In this document: piece by piece, positions 52,813 to 63,385 of the stretch
How the letters are laid out: each line of letters begins with the position of its first letter
How positions within the stretch are numbered: the stretch's first letter is position 1
Assembly (NCBI GenBank): GCA_965237955.1
Contig: OZ250169.1
Location: forward strand, 3,968,001 to 4,032,000
Origin: Candidatus Marinacidobacterales bacterium
GTDB taxonomy: Bacteria > Acidobacteriota > Vicinamibacteria > Marinacidobacterales > SMYC01
Length of the DNA: 64,000 bases
Direction of reading: 5' to 3'
Position numbers and translations under genes: made by a program
Notes under the pieces: generated by a model
The model's input: only the letters and a program-made list of their open reading frames with translations
The model's database searches: none
Told to the model about the DNA's origin: nothing

Positions 52813-54528
52813 GCCTCTCCTGCCATTTCAGTGGATCCTCTCGAGGGTGAGACCGCCACAGTTTAGGTAGACGAGACTGATGAGAGCTTCGGCAGAGTGG
52901 AGTCCAAAGCTGCGGTGGCTCAGCAGCCGGATTTTGTTGTTCATTCCTTCGAGTCGGCCGTTGCTGAGTCTCCACGTGACCCACGCGATGACGCCATCGA
53001 AGTGGCTGCTCATCTTCGCCGCGCGTTTGACGGGCTCTATCCTCGAGCTCATAGCGCGCCGCAGCCATCCTCGGAGAAACTTCTTGGCCCATGTCTCGGT
53101 TTTGTAGGTGTAGAGGTCCATGAAGTTGTCGCGCAGAAGCATGGCGCGGTAGAGGCGACGATTAGCTCGCACCTGCTCGCGGAGCACCCGTTTGTCTTTC
53201 GCGCTGCGGTTGTGTTTGGCCTTGAGAAGGGGAAACTTGGTGTTCTTGAGGTTGCGCCGGGCAGTCCCTTTGAGCTCGCGCACCAGCTCGCGCCGGGTCT
53301 TATCCACGGCCTCGTTCAGATGCTTGACGATGTGGAAGCGGTCAAAGATCACCCGTGCCTGAGGAGCCTTTTTGCCGACGACAGTTATGTACGGCTCCCA
53401 CATGTCCATGCTGACCGCTTCGAGCTCCGCGGCTCTTTGTGGTCCGAGCTTGCGGAAAAACCGCAGCAGCGTCTTGGCCTTGCGCTCCTTTCCCGCCCAG
53501 ACGACCCGGCCGCTGAGATGGTCTATTACCACTGTTAAGTACTTGTGGCGTTTGCGGTAGCTGATCTCGTCCATCCCAATCACCCGCAATCCATCGAGCT
53601 CGCGCCGCTCATCCCGCTGCTCGGCAACCACTCGCTGGATGATCCGTCGCACCGAACGCCACGTCACTCGGAAATAGTTCGCTACGGCGCTGACGTCCGT
53701 CCTCTGTGCCAGCCACGCTACCTCTTGTTCGAAGCTTTTGGTAAAGCGGCTTCCCTTGTCGGCCCAAGGCACCTTTTCTCTGACCACTCCACACCGCCGA
53801 CATACCACTCGTCGGATCGAGTAGCGAAGATAGGTCCGGACTCCGAACAGGTCCAAGTGCCGCCAGTAGCGATTGTAGCGATCTTTGTTCTTGCGGACCT
53901 TTCGTCCGCAAATCCCGCACAGAGGCTTCCTCCTCCGTGGTACTACATCCACCACCACTCTGGCTTTGTCCGCCTGGAAGTGGAAACCTCGGACCCACAG
54001 GCCTTGCAATCCGATGAGCTTGTTGACTAACGTAGTAACGCGCATCGCGGGAACGCTCTTTTCTCTTTCGGAAAAAAAGATTCTAGCGTTCTCGCCGATG
54101 CGCATCTACACATGGCTTACCCTCTCAACCCACGGGCCTCACCAAATGCCACTGCCCCTCAGCGGGAGACAAGGCTGTGGGAAACGCCCCCACGGTTCTG
54201 GTCGTTCAGACCTTGCTCACGACTGAGTTCTCTTCGAAGCCTGGAAGGGCGTTTTCCATAGCCTCCACTAATCGAGCCCCCCCTTCCTTATTCCATATGA
54301 ATTAATCTTTCTTGTATATATATCAGGAGGGGCCTGTGGGCGCTCGTGGGAAACGCGAAGCGTTTCCCAAGCGATTGTGGAAAACGCCGCTCCACGTTTG
54401 TACGTGCTCACAACCTTTCCCTAAACGCCTCTCTCGCCCGGAGTTTCCGGCGTTTTCCACAATCGCGGCAGCGTCCATAGGCCATGCCCTCCAACACAAA
54501 TCAGATCCCCCGAAACGACAGGAGAACC
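52813..54528 (-). mobile_element. ISL3-family element; transposase 52828-54045
   Basis: IRs GGTTCTCCTGTCGTTTC / GCCTCTCCTGCCATTTC; 8-bp TSD GTTTTTAA; 'GMDEISYRKRHKY', 'SMDMW', 'FDRFH', 'EGMNNKI'. Confidence 0.93.
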
Positions 54529-54719
54529 GTTTTTAATTCATCCTGGGAATCTCTGGAACAATACAAGTGTCCAGAGTGGTTCCGCGATGCGAAATTCGGG
54601 ATTCAGTCACAATGGAGTGGTTACGTAGTGCCTGAAACCGGCGATTGGTATGCCCGCAATATGTATATCCAGGGAAGCAGGCAGTACAAATACCATCTGG
54701 AGAATTACGGACACCCGTC

Positions 54720-56164
54720 GGAGGTGCCCCCACCATAGTTGAAGGTTCGAGGTGGTGGCGGCTCCTGACACATGGTTTACCCGACTTTGGCGTGCTTGTC
54801 GAGCGCTTGATTCTCAGTGACCTCCGCTAACTTCGCTTCGAGGATCGGTAGCGATTGGTATCCAATGATACGACGGAAATTTTTCTCCGTGGCGAGCAGA
54901 GCCGAAGCGGCCCATCTCAGAACCATCTTGCCATTGCGCCAGCGGGTGACGCGACGGGTACGACCTCGCGCACCGCTGAAGCACGACTCGATGATGTTCG
55001 TCGATCCAAGGCAGCGTTTCAGAGATGCGGGGAGGTCGAGCTCGTTGATGGTGAACATCTCGTCGAGCCCCTCCCGGATGCTCTCCGCCGCCGAGGGGTA
55101 GTCGTCCTCGAGCCACTTCGCCTGTTGCTCCAACCGCGCTTTGCCCTTCTTTGCTGGGAGCTGCCAGGCCGAACGCAGGCTCGCTTGCACTTGCGGCTTC
55201 AGCTCCTGCGGCAGATAACCGAGCACATTGCGCTCCTTGTGCTTCCTGCAACGCTGGACCTTGTTGTGGGTACCGAACACAGCGTCGACGGCGACCCGTA
55301 GCGCCTTGGAGCCATCGATCACGAACAGCCGACACCGCTCTGGGCTCAGGCCTCGTTCGACCAGGTCCTCCAGCAGCGCCTTGCACACTATCTGGTTCTC
55401 CGATGCTCCATCCCGAAGCCCCAGAACATGCTTGTATCCCTCTGTATCTACGCCGATTGCCGCCAGCGCGTGGTGCTCGCCGAAGCGAATCCCGTCCAGG
55501 TACACGACCGCGATCTCCAGCTCGTCCAGCGGACGCTCCATCAGCCCCTGCAACTGCTCCGCGCTTGCTTCCACGAACTCACGGCTCACCTCGCTCTTGC
55601 TAACCCCTACCGTCTCCGCCATCTCGGGAAGAACCGACGCGTACTTGCGCGTCGACACACCCAGCATCAGGATTTCCCAGATGCGTTGGCTCAGCCGAGA
55701 CGAGTTGTTCACCGCTTCGTAGGCAGGAATCGCAACCTCCCCTCCCTCTGCCTTTCCCTTACGCCGCAGACGTGGCCGGCTCACTCTCAACTTCCGCTCC
55801 GCAAGGCTTACTACGCCACCCTGCCGGCCGTGCCAGCGAACATCGCTACCCTTCTTCCCCGGGTGTTTCTCCCCAGCCACACTTTTGGCTGACAGATCCA
55901 AGACCGCTTCGATCGTCGCTCGGCCAGCAACGTCGATCACTTCGTCGATCGCTATCTCGGTTCGCTCAATCGCATCCAAGAACGGCAACAGAGCTTGCCC
56001 CTTCGAGCTCAGTATCTCTCGAAGCTTCTTCCTGTTCTTCGCATCGATGATTTGGTAATTTGACATCGTGGTGGCTCCTTTCTTTTTCCTTCACAGCCGG
56101 ATTCTATCGAACCCGGCCTTAGGAGCCGCCACTCCTAACCTTCAACTATCTCAGGGGCATCTCC
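54720..56164 (-). mobile_element. IS256-family element; transposase 54777-56066
   Basis: Imperfect IRs GGAG(G/A)TGCCCC..ATAGTTGAAGGTT; 8-bp TSD CACCCGTC; 'GVSTRKY', 'YLDG', 'IDG', 'QRCRKHK', 'STNIIES'. Confidence 0.95.
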
Positions 56165-56293
56165 CACCCGTCCAAATTCGGATATAAGGATGTCATAGAG
56201 CTTTGGAAGGCCGATAAGTTTCATCCCGACAGCCTGGTAGCCCTCTTTAAAGAGGCCGGGGCAAAATACATTGTGTCATTAGCCGCACACCAC

Positions 56294-57380
56294 TGCCTTG
56301 GTGCACAACTCGCGATCTCGGTCCACAATTGTCCTTTACTCACGGATTCGAGGTTCCCCATGAGCATTTTCAAACGCACTCAGCGGAAGTATGTGAAGAA
56401 GGCCTATCGCGTGAGGAATTGGCGTGAATATGAGGCGGGTCTACGCAACCGTGGGAGCCTGACCGTCTGGATCTCGCTCACCGCCGGCAAGCTTGTGAAC
56501 TGGGACGCGCCCCGGCCGAGGAGGAGGAAACCGGGCCGTCAACGCAAGTACTCGAACCACGCCATCGAGACGGCTGTCACCCTGGGCATGGTGTTTCATC
56601 TGTCATCTAGGCAGAGCGAGGGATTGCTGCGATCGTTGTTCGCTCTGATGAAGCTAGACAATGATGTGCCCGATCACACCACGATCTCGAGGCGCAAGGC
56701 GAAGCTGGGTAAGGTCCCCTTCTACCAAGACAAGCAGAAGACGCCGTTGCACATCTTGATCGACAGCAGCGGTCTCGCTGTCCACGCCGGCCAGCTGCGC
56801 AGAGCACCAAAGAGCAGGGACTATCGCAAGCTCCATCTGTGTGTCGACGAGCAGAGTGGCGAAGTCGTCGCCGGCGAGCTGACGAGCAAAAGAGCCCGCG
56901 ATTCATCGCGGGTTGCATCGCTTGTCGGACAGATCGACAGTCCCATCTCATCGGCCAGAGCTGACACCGCATACGACGCCGGCGGCGTCTATGAGGCAAT
57001 CGAGAATCACAGCGCTCATTGCTCGCCGAGGGTGCTGATACCGCCGCGCAAGGGCGCCCAGCTCGCATCGGGGCCGGCGAGCAGCCGACAGCGCAATCGC
57101 AACATTGCAGCACAAGCTCGGCTCGGCAAACGAAAGTGGCACACAGAATCGGGCTACAGCAAACGGAGCAAAGTCGAGACAACGTTCCATCGCTACAAGG
57201 CTATCGTGGGCTCAGCGATGCGAGCGAGAGGGTTGGCGGCACAGAGAGTCGAGGCAAGGATCGGGTGCAAGATTCTCAACACCATGACGGCGCTCGGGAT
57301 GCCTGATAGCGAGATGATCGGATGATGGGAGTCGGGGCCAAGCGAGCTCTCGGCCTCTATCGGAGTTGTGCACCAAGGCA
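56294..57380 (+). mobile_element. IS5-family copy 6; transposase 56360-57325
   Basis: Both TIRs; 1087 bp. Confidence 0.95.
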
Positions 57381-57420
57381 CCTCATTTGAAGTACTTCTT
57401 CAGAACTCGTCTCTCTTCGG

Positions 57421-58371
57421 GCGTCAACGTCTGGCTCCACACGAGCTCGCCTCCCTCTCCCGTGGCCGGCCTTCTCGCAACCAACGAGCCTCGTGCCCGA
57501 GCTCGACGAGACCTACTCTTTCGACCATGACACCACGTTCGCGATTCTCGCCGGCTTCGCGTACAACCGCCGCGTTCTCATCCAGGGCTACCATGGCACA
57601 GGCAAATCGACGCACATCGAGCAAGTCGCCGCACGTCTGAACTGGCCGTGCGTCCGCGTCAACCTCGACAGCCACATCAGCCGCATCGACCTCGTCGGGC
57701 GAGACGCCATCGTCATCCAGGACGGACGGCAAGTCACGGAATTTCGTCAGGGGATGCTCCCCCGCGCACTTCAATCTCCGACCGCGCTCGTCTTCGACGA
57801 GTACGATGCCGGGCGGCCCGATGTGATGTTCGTGATCCAGCGAGTGCTCGAGGTGCGCGGCAAGCTGACGCTTCTGGACGAGAACAAAGTCATCTGGCCC
57901 CACCCGGCGTTCCGCCTGTTCGCGACGTCGAACACCGTCGGCCTCGGCGACACCACCGGACTCTATCCAGGAACCCTTCAGCTCAACCAGGGTCAGCTCG
58001 ATCGGTGGAACGTAGTGGTGACGCTCAACTACATCGAGCCGGACGTCGAGTCCCAGGTCGTGATCGCGAAAGTTCCCGTCTACGACAACGAGCCCGGAAG
58101 GAAAATCGTACAGCAAATGGTATCGCTCGCGGCGTTGACCCGAGAGGGATTCGCGGCGGGCGACTTGTCCACGGTCATGTCTCCCCGGACGGTGATCACC
58201 TGGGCGGAGAACACGGTGATCTTCGACGACGACATCGCCTTCGCTTTCCGCGTAACCTTTCTCAACAAGTGCGACGAGTCCGAGCGCTCTATCGTAGCCG
58301 AGTACTACCAGAGAGTGTTCGGCGCCGAGCTTCCCGAATCCGCAGCCACTCCCCGAGACCCGACTGCCTAA
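57421..58371 (+). CDS. cobS: CobS-like AAA+ ATPase (N-terminus damaged next to IS5)
   Basis: '[21 protein letters not shown]', '[20 protein letters not shown]', 'TFLNKCDE'. Confidence 0.85.
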   Translation, partial: ASTSGSTRARLPLPWPAFSQPTSLVPELDETYSFDHDTTFAILAGFAYNRRVLIQGYHGTGKSTHIEQVAARLNWPCVRVNLDSHISRIDLVGRDAIVIQDGRQVTEFRQGMLPRALQSPTALVFDEYDAGRPDVMFVIQRVLEVRGKLTLLDENKVIWPHPAFRLFATSNTVGLGDTTGLYPGTLQLNQGQLDRWNVVVTLNYIEPDVESQVVIAKVPVYDNEPGRKIVQQMVSLAALTREGFAAGDLSTVMSPRTVITWAENTVIFDDDIAFAFRVTFLNKCDESERSIVAEYYQRVFGAELPESAATPRDPTA

Positions 58372-58375
58372 ACCG

Positions 58376-60073
58376 ATGGCGCCTAGATCGATGGGACCTA
58401 GATCGATGGGAGAAGACACGTTCCGACGCGCGGTCGCGGCGGCGGCACGCGCTTTGGCGCGGGAACAGAATCTGAAGCTCAACCTTCCCCCGGCAACGCC
58501 TGCCGACCCCACGCAAGTCGCGCGGGTCCGCGGAGCCGCGGACGCGACGGCGATGAAGGAACGCTTCCACGATCCCGACACCCACGCGCGCACGTTGCCC
58601 GCGTTCGAGCCCGCACGCTCCATTCTCGAAGCGGCGGAGCAGGCGCGCGTCGAAGCACTCGGCGGAAGCGAGTACGACGGCGTCCGCGTCAACTTGGACA
58701 CCGAGCTGACGTTGCGCTACCGTGCGCTCGGGCTCGAGAACATTCGTGAGCGCGACCAGGCGCCACTCGCCGATGTCGTACGCCTCATGGTGCGCGAGTG
58801 GCTCACCGGCACGCCGCCGCCGCCGTCGACTCTGGTGATGATCGAGCTGTGGCGTCCGTGGTTCAACCAGCACGCGAGAAGCGAGCTCATGGAGATGACC
58901 CGCCAGGTCAGAGACCAGGAGGCGTTTGCGGATCAGGCATTGAAGCTCATCGCGCGCCTTCCCGAGTCTCGACTGGCGACGCCGCCCAAGGTCGATCCCA
59001 CCCCGCACGATCCCGAGCGCGGGCAGGACTACTTCAAAGAAGGCGACCCCATGGACGCCGATACGCTCGTTCACCATCCCAAGCGTCGCTGGGAAACGCG
59101 ACCGAAGCTCAGCCTGCCCGATGCCGAAGCTCTCGAAGCCGAGAGCGCTCGCTATCGAGTGTTCACGCGCGAGTTCGACGAGATCATCGACGCTCACCGC
59201 TTGACGACGCCCGAGGATCTGCTTCGTCTCCGCCGCAAGCTCGACGCTCTGCTTCGCAAGCTCGGCGGCGGGATAGCTCATCTCGCCCACCGGCTGCAAC
59301 GTCAACTGCTCGCGCGGCAGACTCGTTCGTGGGCGTTCGACCAGGAAGAAGGCATCCTCGACTCCGGCCGGCTGGCGCGCATCGTCGCCAGCCCGCATCG
59401 GCCGTTGTCGTTCAAACGCGAGCGGCAATCCGAGTTCCCCGACACGGTCGTCACCCTTCTCGTCGATAATTCGGGCTCGATGCGCGGTGTCCCGATTACG
59501 ACCGCCGCGCTTTGTACCGACATCCTCGCGCAGACGCTCGAGCGTTGCGGCGTGAAAGTCGAGATCCTCGGCTTTACGACGAAAGTGTGGAAAGGGGGCG
59601 ACTCCCGCAAGAAGTGGACCGAGCTCGGAAAGCCGGCGAATCCAGGACGGCTGAACGACCTGCGGCACATCATCTATAAATCGGCGTCGGTTCCGTGGAG
59701 GCGCGCACGCCGTCGACTGGGCGTGATGCTGCACCCGGACCTGCTCAGAGAGAACATCGACGGCGAAGCGCTCCTGTGGGCGCACGCGCGCCTCGTTGCT
59801 CGAGCGGAAGCCCGGCGGATCCTGATGGTCATCTCCGACGGCGCGCCCATCGACGACAGCACGATCTCGGCAAACGATCGGGCCTTCCTCGACGACCATC
59901 TCCGGACAGTGATCTCGGCGCTCGAGGCGTATTCGCCCATCGAGCTCGTCGCCATCGGCATCGGCCACGACGTGACTCGCTACTACCGCCGCTCCATCAC
60001 CATTGCCAGCCCCGAAGATCTGGGCGCGGCCATGGTCGAGCAGCTCGAAGAGCTATTTCTCCGCCGAAGTTGA
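58376..60073 (+). CDS. cobT: CobT-like VWA-domain protein
   Basis: '[10 protein letters not shown]', '[13 protein letters not shown]', '[10 protein letters not shown]', 'ENIDGEAL', 'ISDGAP', '[11 protein letters not shown]'. Confidence 0.87.
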   Translation: MAPRSMGPRSMGEDTFRRAVAAAARALAREQNLKLNLPPATPADPTQVARVRGAADATAMKERFHDPDTHARTLPAFEPARSILEAAEQARVEALGGSEYDGVRVNLDTELTLRYRALGLENIRERDQAPLADVVRLMVREWLTGTPPPPSTLVMIELWRPWFNQHARSELMEMTRQVRDQEAFADQALKLIARLPESRLATPPKVDPTPHDPERGQDYFKEGDPMDADTLVHHPKRRWETRPKLSLPDAEALEAESARYRVFTREFDEIIDAHRLTTPEDLLRLRRKLDALLRKLGGGIAHLAHRLQRQLLARQTRSWAFDQEEGILDSGRLARIVASPHRPLSFKRERQSEFPDTVVTLLVDNSGSMRGVPITTAALCTDILAQTLERCGVKVEILGFTTKVWKGGDSRKKWTELGKPANPGRLNDLRHIIYKSASVPWRRARRRLGVMLHPDLLRENIDGEALLWAHARLVARAEARRILMVISDGAPIDDSTISANDRAFLDDHLRTVISALEAYSPIELVAIGIGHDVTRYYRRSITIASPEDLGAAMVEQLEELFLRRS

Positions 60074-60080
60074 CCCAGGG

Positions 60081-60109
60081 TTGACAACGCCCGGCCCCGC
60101 TCATATGTT
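60081..60109 (+). promoter_or_regulatory. Sigma70-type promoter before the dioxygenase genes
   Basis: TTGACA-17-TATGTT. Confidence 0.55.
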
Positions 60110-60136
60110 GCGGTTCTGCGGCAAGGAGGGGCACCC

Positions 60137-60637
60137 ATGTCAGAGTATGTCACCGAATTCGGTTCGCTCAACGACTTCAAGAAGGGTGGCGTCGAGATCA
60201 TCGACGACGATCCCAAAAACTACGTCTTCTCGAACGTCTTCGAAGTCGCCCGTGCCAGCGCACCCTACGAGCGTGTCGCGGTGGGCAAGAACTTCGAGTA
60301 CGTCATCGAAGCGGTTCGCGCCGAGGGGACGTCGCCATGGTACACGGCGGCGCACGACGAGTTCGCCCTCTGCATGGACGGCACCATCAACGTACACCTG
60401 GTGAAGCTGGACGATCCGAGCATAATAGGGCGCGAGACCGAAGGCGCCATTCGCCTGCCCTTCGATCCAAAAGGCCCAAAAATGGGGCGCATTACCCTCG
60501 GGCGCGGCCATATGGCGCTTCTTCCCACCGGCGCGGCCTACCGTTTCCACGCGGACGCACCAAGCGTTGCCATCGTCCAAACCATGGAAGGCGACGTGAC
60601 CGTCCAAAAGTGGGCCGAGATCTGTCAGACCACATGA
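60137..60637 (+). CDS. Hydroquinone 1,2-dioxygenase small subunit (HapC/HqdA type)
   Basis: 'FGSL..KGGVEIIDDDPKNYVFSNVFEVA', 'HDEF', 'GHMALLP', 'KWAEIC'. Confidence 0.85.
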   Translation: MSEYVTEFGSLNDFKKGGVEIIDDDPKNYVFSNVFEVARASAPYERVAVGKNFEYVIEAVRAEGTSPWYTAAHDEFALCMDGTINVHLVKLDDPSIIGRETEGAIRLPFDPKGPKMGRITLGRGHMALLPTGAAYRFHADAPSVAIVQTMEGDVTVQKWAEICQTT

Positions 60638-60647
60638 AGGTCATGCG

Positions 60648-61631
60648 ATGACGACCCAAGAGCACTACCACGTCAGCGACCGCGACAACTACTCCGGCTA
60701 CAAATCGTTCGAGGCCGGCTCCTTCGGCTTCACCCGTGATGAATACTTCGCGCACATCACCTGGCCCAAGGGATCGCACATCATGGCCATCGACGCGTTC
60801 TTGCGCGCCTTGATGCGCGACGTCGCCTGGGGATTCTTCTATGGCACCGTGAACTTCGACGCGGTTTTCGGCACCACCAACCGCTACGGCACCGTCGAGA
60901 TGTTCGCGGGCACCTACAACGAAACATACAAGAACGCCGGGTGCGACACCCTCGAGACGTTCCACTCCGAAGGGCTCTTGAAGATTTTCAAAGAGATGGT
61001 CTCCGATTGGACGAACGACGGCTACGATCCGTTCGCCGCGCCTGCCGAGACGGCGGTGCCGTGGGGGAAAAAGAATGGAAGCAAGGACGACGCAATAGGC
61101 CGACTTCGAGTGACGGCCAAGCGGATGGTCGGCGTTGCCGACGATGCTCCGCGGCGCTCGGACGCAAACGGCTACCCGGTCAACCGCATGTTCGCGGACG
61201 TTCCCCAGGACGAGCCCGTCGTCGAGGCCGAGCCCGGCTTCGAGAACGACGTCGCCGCGTTCAATCTCTACGCGTACTTGTCCCGCTCCGATGTCACTTG
61301 GAACCCATCCGTGTGCTCGGTCGTGCACGAAAGTCTCTTTTGTCCTACGTCGGAAGAGTTCATTTTGCCCGTCGAGCACGGAAACGATCGCGTGGAGTGG
61401 TTCGTCCAGCTCTCCGACGCGATTATTTGGGACGTCAAGGACAAGGAGACGGGCCGTGCCCGCGCGAAAGTCACCATGCGCGCCGGCGACGTGGCGGCGA
61501 TGCCCGCGGACATCCGGCATCAAGGCTACGCGCCCAAACGCTCCATGCTCCTCGTGTGGGAGAACGCATCACTGAAGATTCCCGAGCTGATCCAAAAGGG
61601 TGAGGCCCCAATCGTGCCCGTCAAGTTTTAG
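60648..61631 (+). CDS. Hydroquinone 1,2-dioxygenase large subunit (HapD/HqdB type)
   Basis: 'FLRALMRDVAWGFFYG', 'SRSDVTWNPSV', 'LPVEHGNDRVEWF', 'MPADIRHQGY'. Confidence 0.87.
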   Translation: MTTQEHYHVSDRDNYSGYKSFEAGSFGFTRDEYFAHITWPKGSHIMAIDAFLRALMRDVAWGFFYGTVNFDAVFGTTNRYGTVEMFAGTYNETYKNAGCDTLETFHSEGLLKIFKEMVSDWTNDGYDPFAAPAETAVPWGKKNGSKDDAIGRLRVTAKRMVGVADDAPRRSDANGYPVNRMFADVPQDEPVVEAEPGFENDVAAFNLYAYLSRSDVTWNPSVCSVVHESLFCPTSEEFILPVEHGNDRVEWFVQLSDAIIWDVKDKETGRARAKVTMRAGDVAAMPADIRHQGYAPKRSMLLVWENASLKIPELIQKGEAPIVPVKF

Positions 61632-61649
61632 AGGACTCTATCCGCGCTG

Positions 61650-62657
61650 ATGGAGTTCGTTTACGAACCGATTGGAACGCGTGTGGTTTTCGGAAGCGGT
61701 ACCGCTTCGAAGATCCGCGCTGAGGTTGAACGGCTCGGCATCGAGCGTGCCTTTCTGATCACGAGGCGACGCGAACTCGCTTCCGATTGGGCGGCGGGTG
61801 TTTTCGAAGACGCGGCGATGCACGTGCCGACCGACGTTGCCGAGCGGGCGCGTCAGCAAGCCTCGCAACTAGGCGCAGACGGGCTCGTCGCTGTTGGCGG
61901 CGGCTCCACCATCGGTCTCGCGAAGGCAATCGCGCTCGAGACGTCCCTTCCCATCGTTGCGGCGCCCACCACGTACTCGGGCTCCGAGATGACATCGATA
62001 TGGGGACTGACGCGAGCCGGCAAGAAGACGACCGGCCGCGATCTCAAAGTCTTGGCCAAGACCGTGGTCTACGATCCCGAGTTGATCAAAACTCTGCCGC
62101 CGAACATCGCCTCCGTGAGCGGGATGAACGCCATCGCCCACGCGGTCGAAGCCCTCTACGCCGAGAACAGAAATCCAGTCGTGTCGTCCATGGCGGAAGA
62201 AGCGATCCGCTCTCTCGCTGCCGGCTTGCCCCAAAACGCTCACGCGCAGTGCCTCTACGGCGCATTCCTCGCGGGCGCCGCGCTCGGCTCCGTGGGGATG
62301 GCGCTTCACCACAAGCTTTGCCACGTGCTCGGCGGTAGCTTCGGTCTCCCGCACGCCGAGACGCATACCGTGATCCTGCCGCACGCGACGGCCTACAACC
62401 GTGATGCCGCCTCCGACGCGATGGCGCGGGTCGCGCGAGCGCTCGGAGCCGAGAGGGCACCCGAGGGACTCTTCGACTTGGCCCTCACGATCAGCGCACC
62501 CACTTCACTCGATGCACTCGGGATGAAAGAAACCGACCTCGACCGCGCGGCTGAGATTTCGACGGAGAACCCGTACTACAATCCGCGCCCAGTCACTCGT
62601 GAGGGCGTTCGCACCTTGCTCGACGACGCGTTTCACGGTCACCGGCCCCAGACATGA
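61650..62657 (+). CDS. Maleylacetate reductase
   Basis: 'AAMHVP', 'GGGSTIGLAKA', 'PTTYSGSE', 'MALHHKLCHVLGG', 'HAETH'. Confidence 0.92.
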   Translation: MEFVYEPIGTRVVFGSGTASKIRAEVERLGIERAFLITRRRELASDWAAGVFEDAAMHVPTDVAERARQQASQLGADGLVAVGGGSTIGLAKAIALETSLPIVAAPTTYSGSEMTSIWGLTRAGKKTTGRDLKVLAKTVVYDPELIKTLPPNIASVSGMNAIAHAVEALYAENRNPVVSSMAEEAIRSLAAGLPQNAHAQCLYGAFLAGAALGSVGMALHHKLCHVLGGSFGLPHAETHTVILPHATAYNRDAASDAMARVARALGAERAPEGLFDLALTISAPTSLDALGMKETDLDRAAEISTENPYYNPRPVTREGVRTLLDDAFHGHRPQT

Positions 62658-62669
62658 GCATGACATAGC

Positions 62670-63038
62670 ATGCAATGGAAGGATCATGACGGCGCTCCCG
62701 AAGAAGGGATCGAACTGTGCACGCTCGACGAAATTGAAAATGAAGCCGGGAAAGAATTGGTCATTGGTGAAGGCGACACAAAGTGGCCGTTCCGTATGTT
62801 CGTCGTGCGCCGGGGTGGCGACGTGTGGGGCTACGTCAACACCTGCCCCCACCAGCACATTCCGCTGAACTATTTTCCCGACCGTTTCGTCAGCGCGGAC
62901 AAGCAGTTCATCATGTGCGGCAATCAGGCAGCGCTTTTCAATTTCGACGACGGCTACTGCGTCTCGGGACCGTGTGCGGGCCAAAGCCTGCAACGTGTGC
63001 CCGTCACCGTTCGTGATGGGGTGGTGCGCGTCGGATGA
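62670..63038 (+). CDS. Rieske-type ferredoxin
   Basis: 'NTCPH' ... 'CGNQAALF..G.CVSGPC'. Confidence 0.8.
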   Translation: MQWKDHDGAPEEGIELCTLDEIENEAGKELVIGEGDTKWPFRMFVVRRGGDVWGYVNTCPHQHIPLNYFPDRFVSADKQFIMCGNQAALFNFDDGYCVSGPCAGQSLQRVPVTVRDGVVRVG

Positions 63039-63368
63039 CGACCCTCAGGCGACAGCTCGGGCTTGCCGCGGTCATGGCCGTCGTCATGGGCGACATACTC
63101 GTTCCCCTGCAGCTCATGAACGTCGCGACCGTCGCCGCCGTTCCGCCTACGAAAGCGCGCTCTGGAAAATCGCCACAACGATCAGTATTTGACGCCTGGC
63201 TATCCCGTCGTGCCGCTCGTTTTCATCGTCGTGATGACGCTTTTAATGGTGAACACGGCAATCTATAACCCGCAGGATACGTTCATCGGGCTCGCGCTGA
63301 CCGCGCTGGGACTACCCGTGTATCTTTGGATACGAGAAGGCTACGATTCGTCTGAACAAACGCCCTGA
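63035..63368 (+). pseudogene. APC amino-acid permease with a large internal deletion
   Basis: N-terminal 'LRRQLGL..VVMGDI' joined to C-terminal 'TPGYPVVPLVF..GLPVY'. Confidence 0.7.
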
Positions 63369-63385
63369 TGTAGACTCGCCGGGCT

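Larger units (their letters stand above)
52712..56293 (+). pseudogene. GH29 alpha-L-fucosidase (lipoprotein) split by ISL3 and IS256, truncated by IS5
   Basis: Segments 52712-52812, 54537-54719 and 56173-56293 rejoin in frame: 'LLSC..WESLEQYKCPEWFRDAKFGI..YGHPSKFGYKD..AGAKYIVSLAAHH'. Confidence 0.9.
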
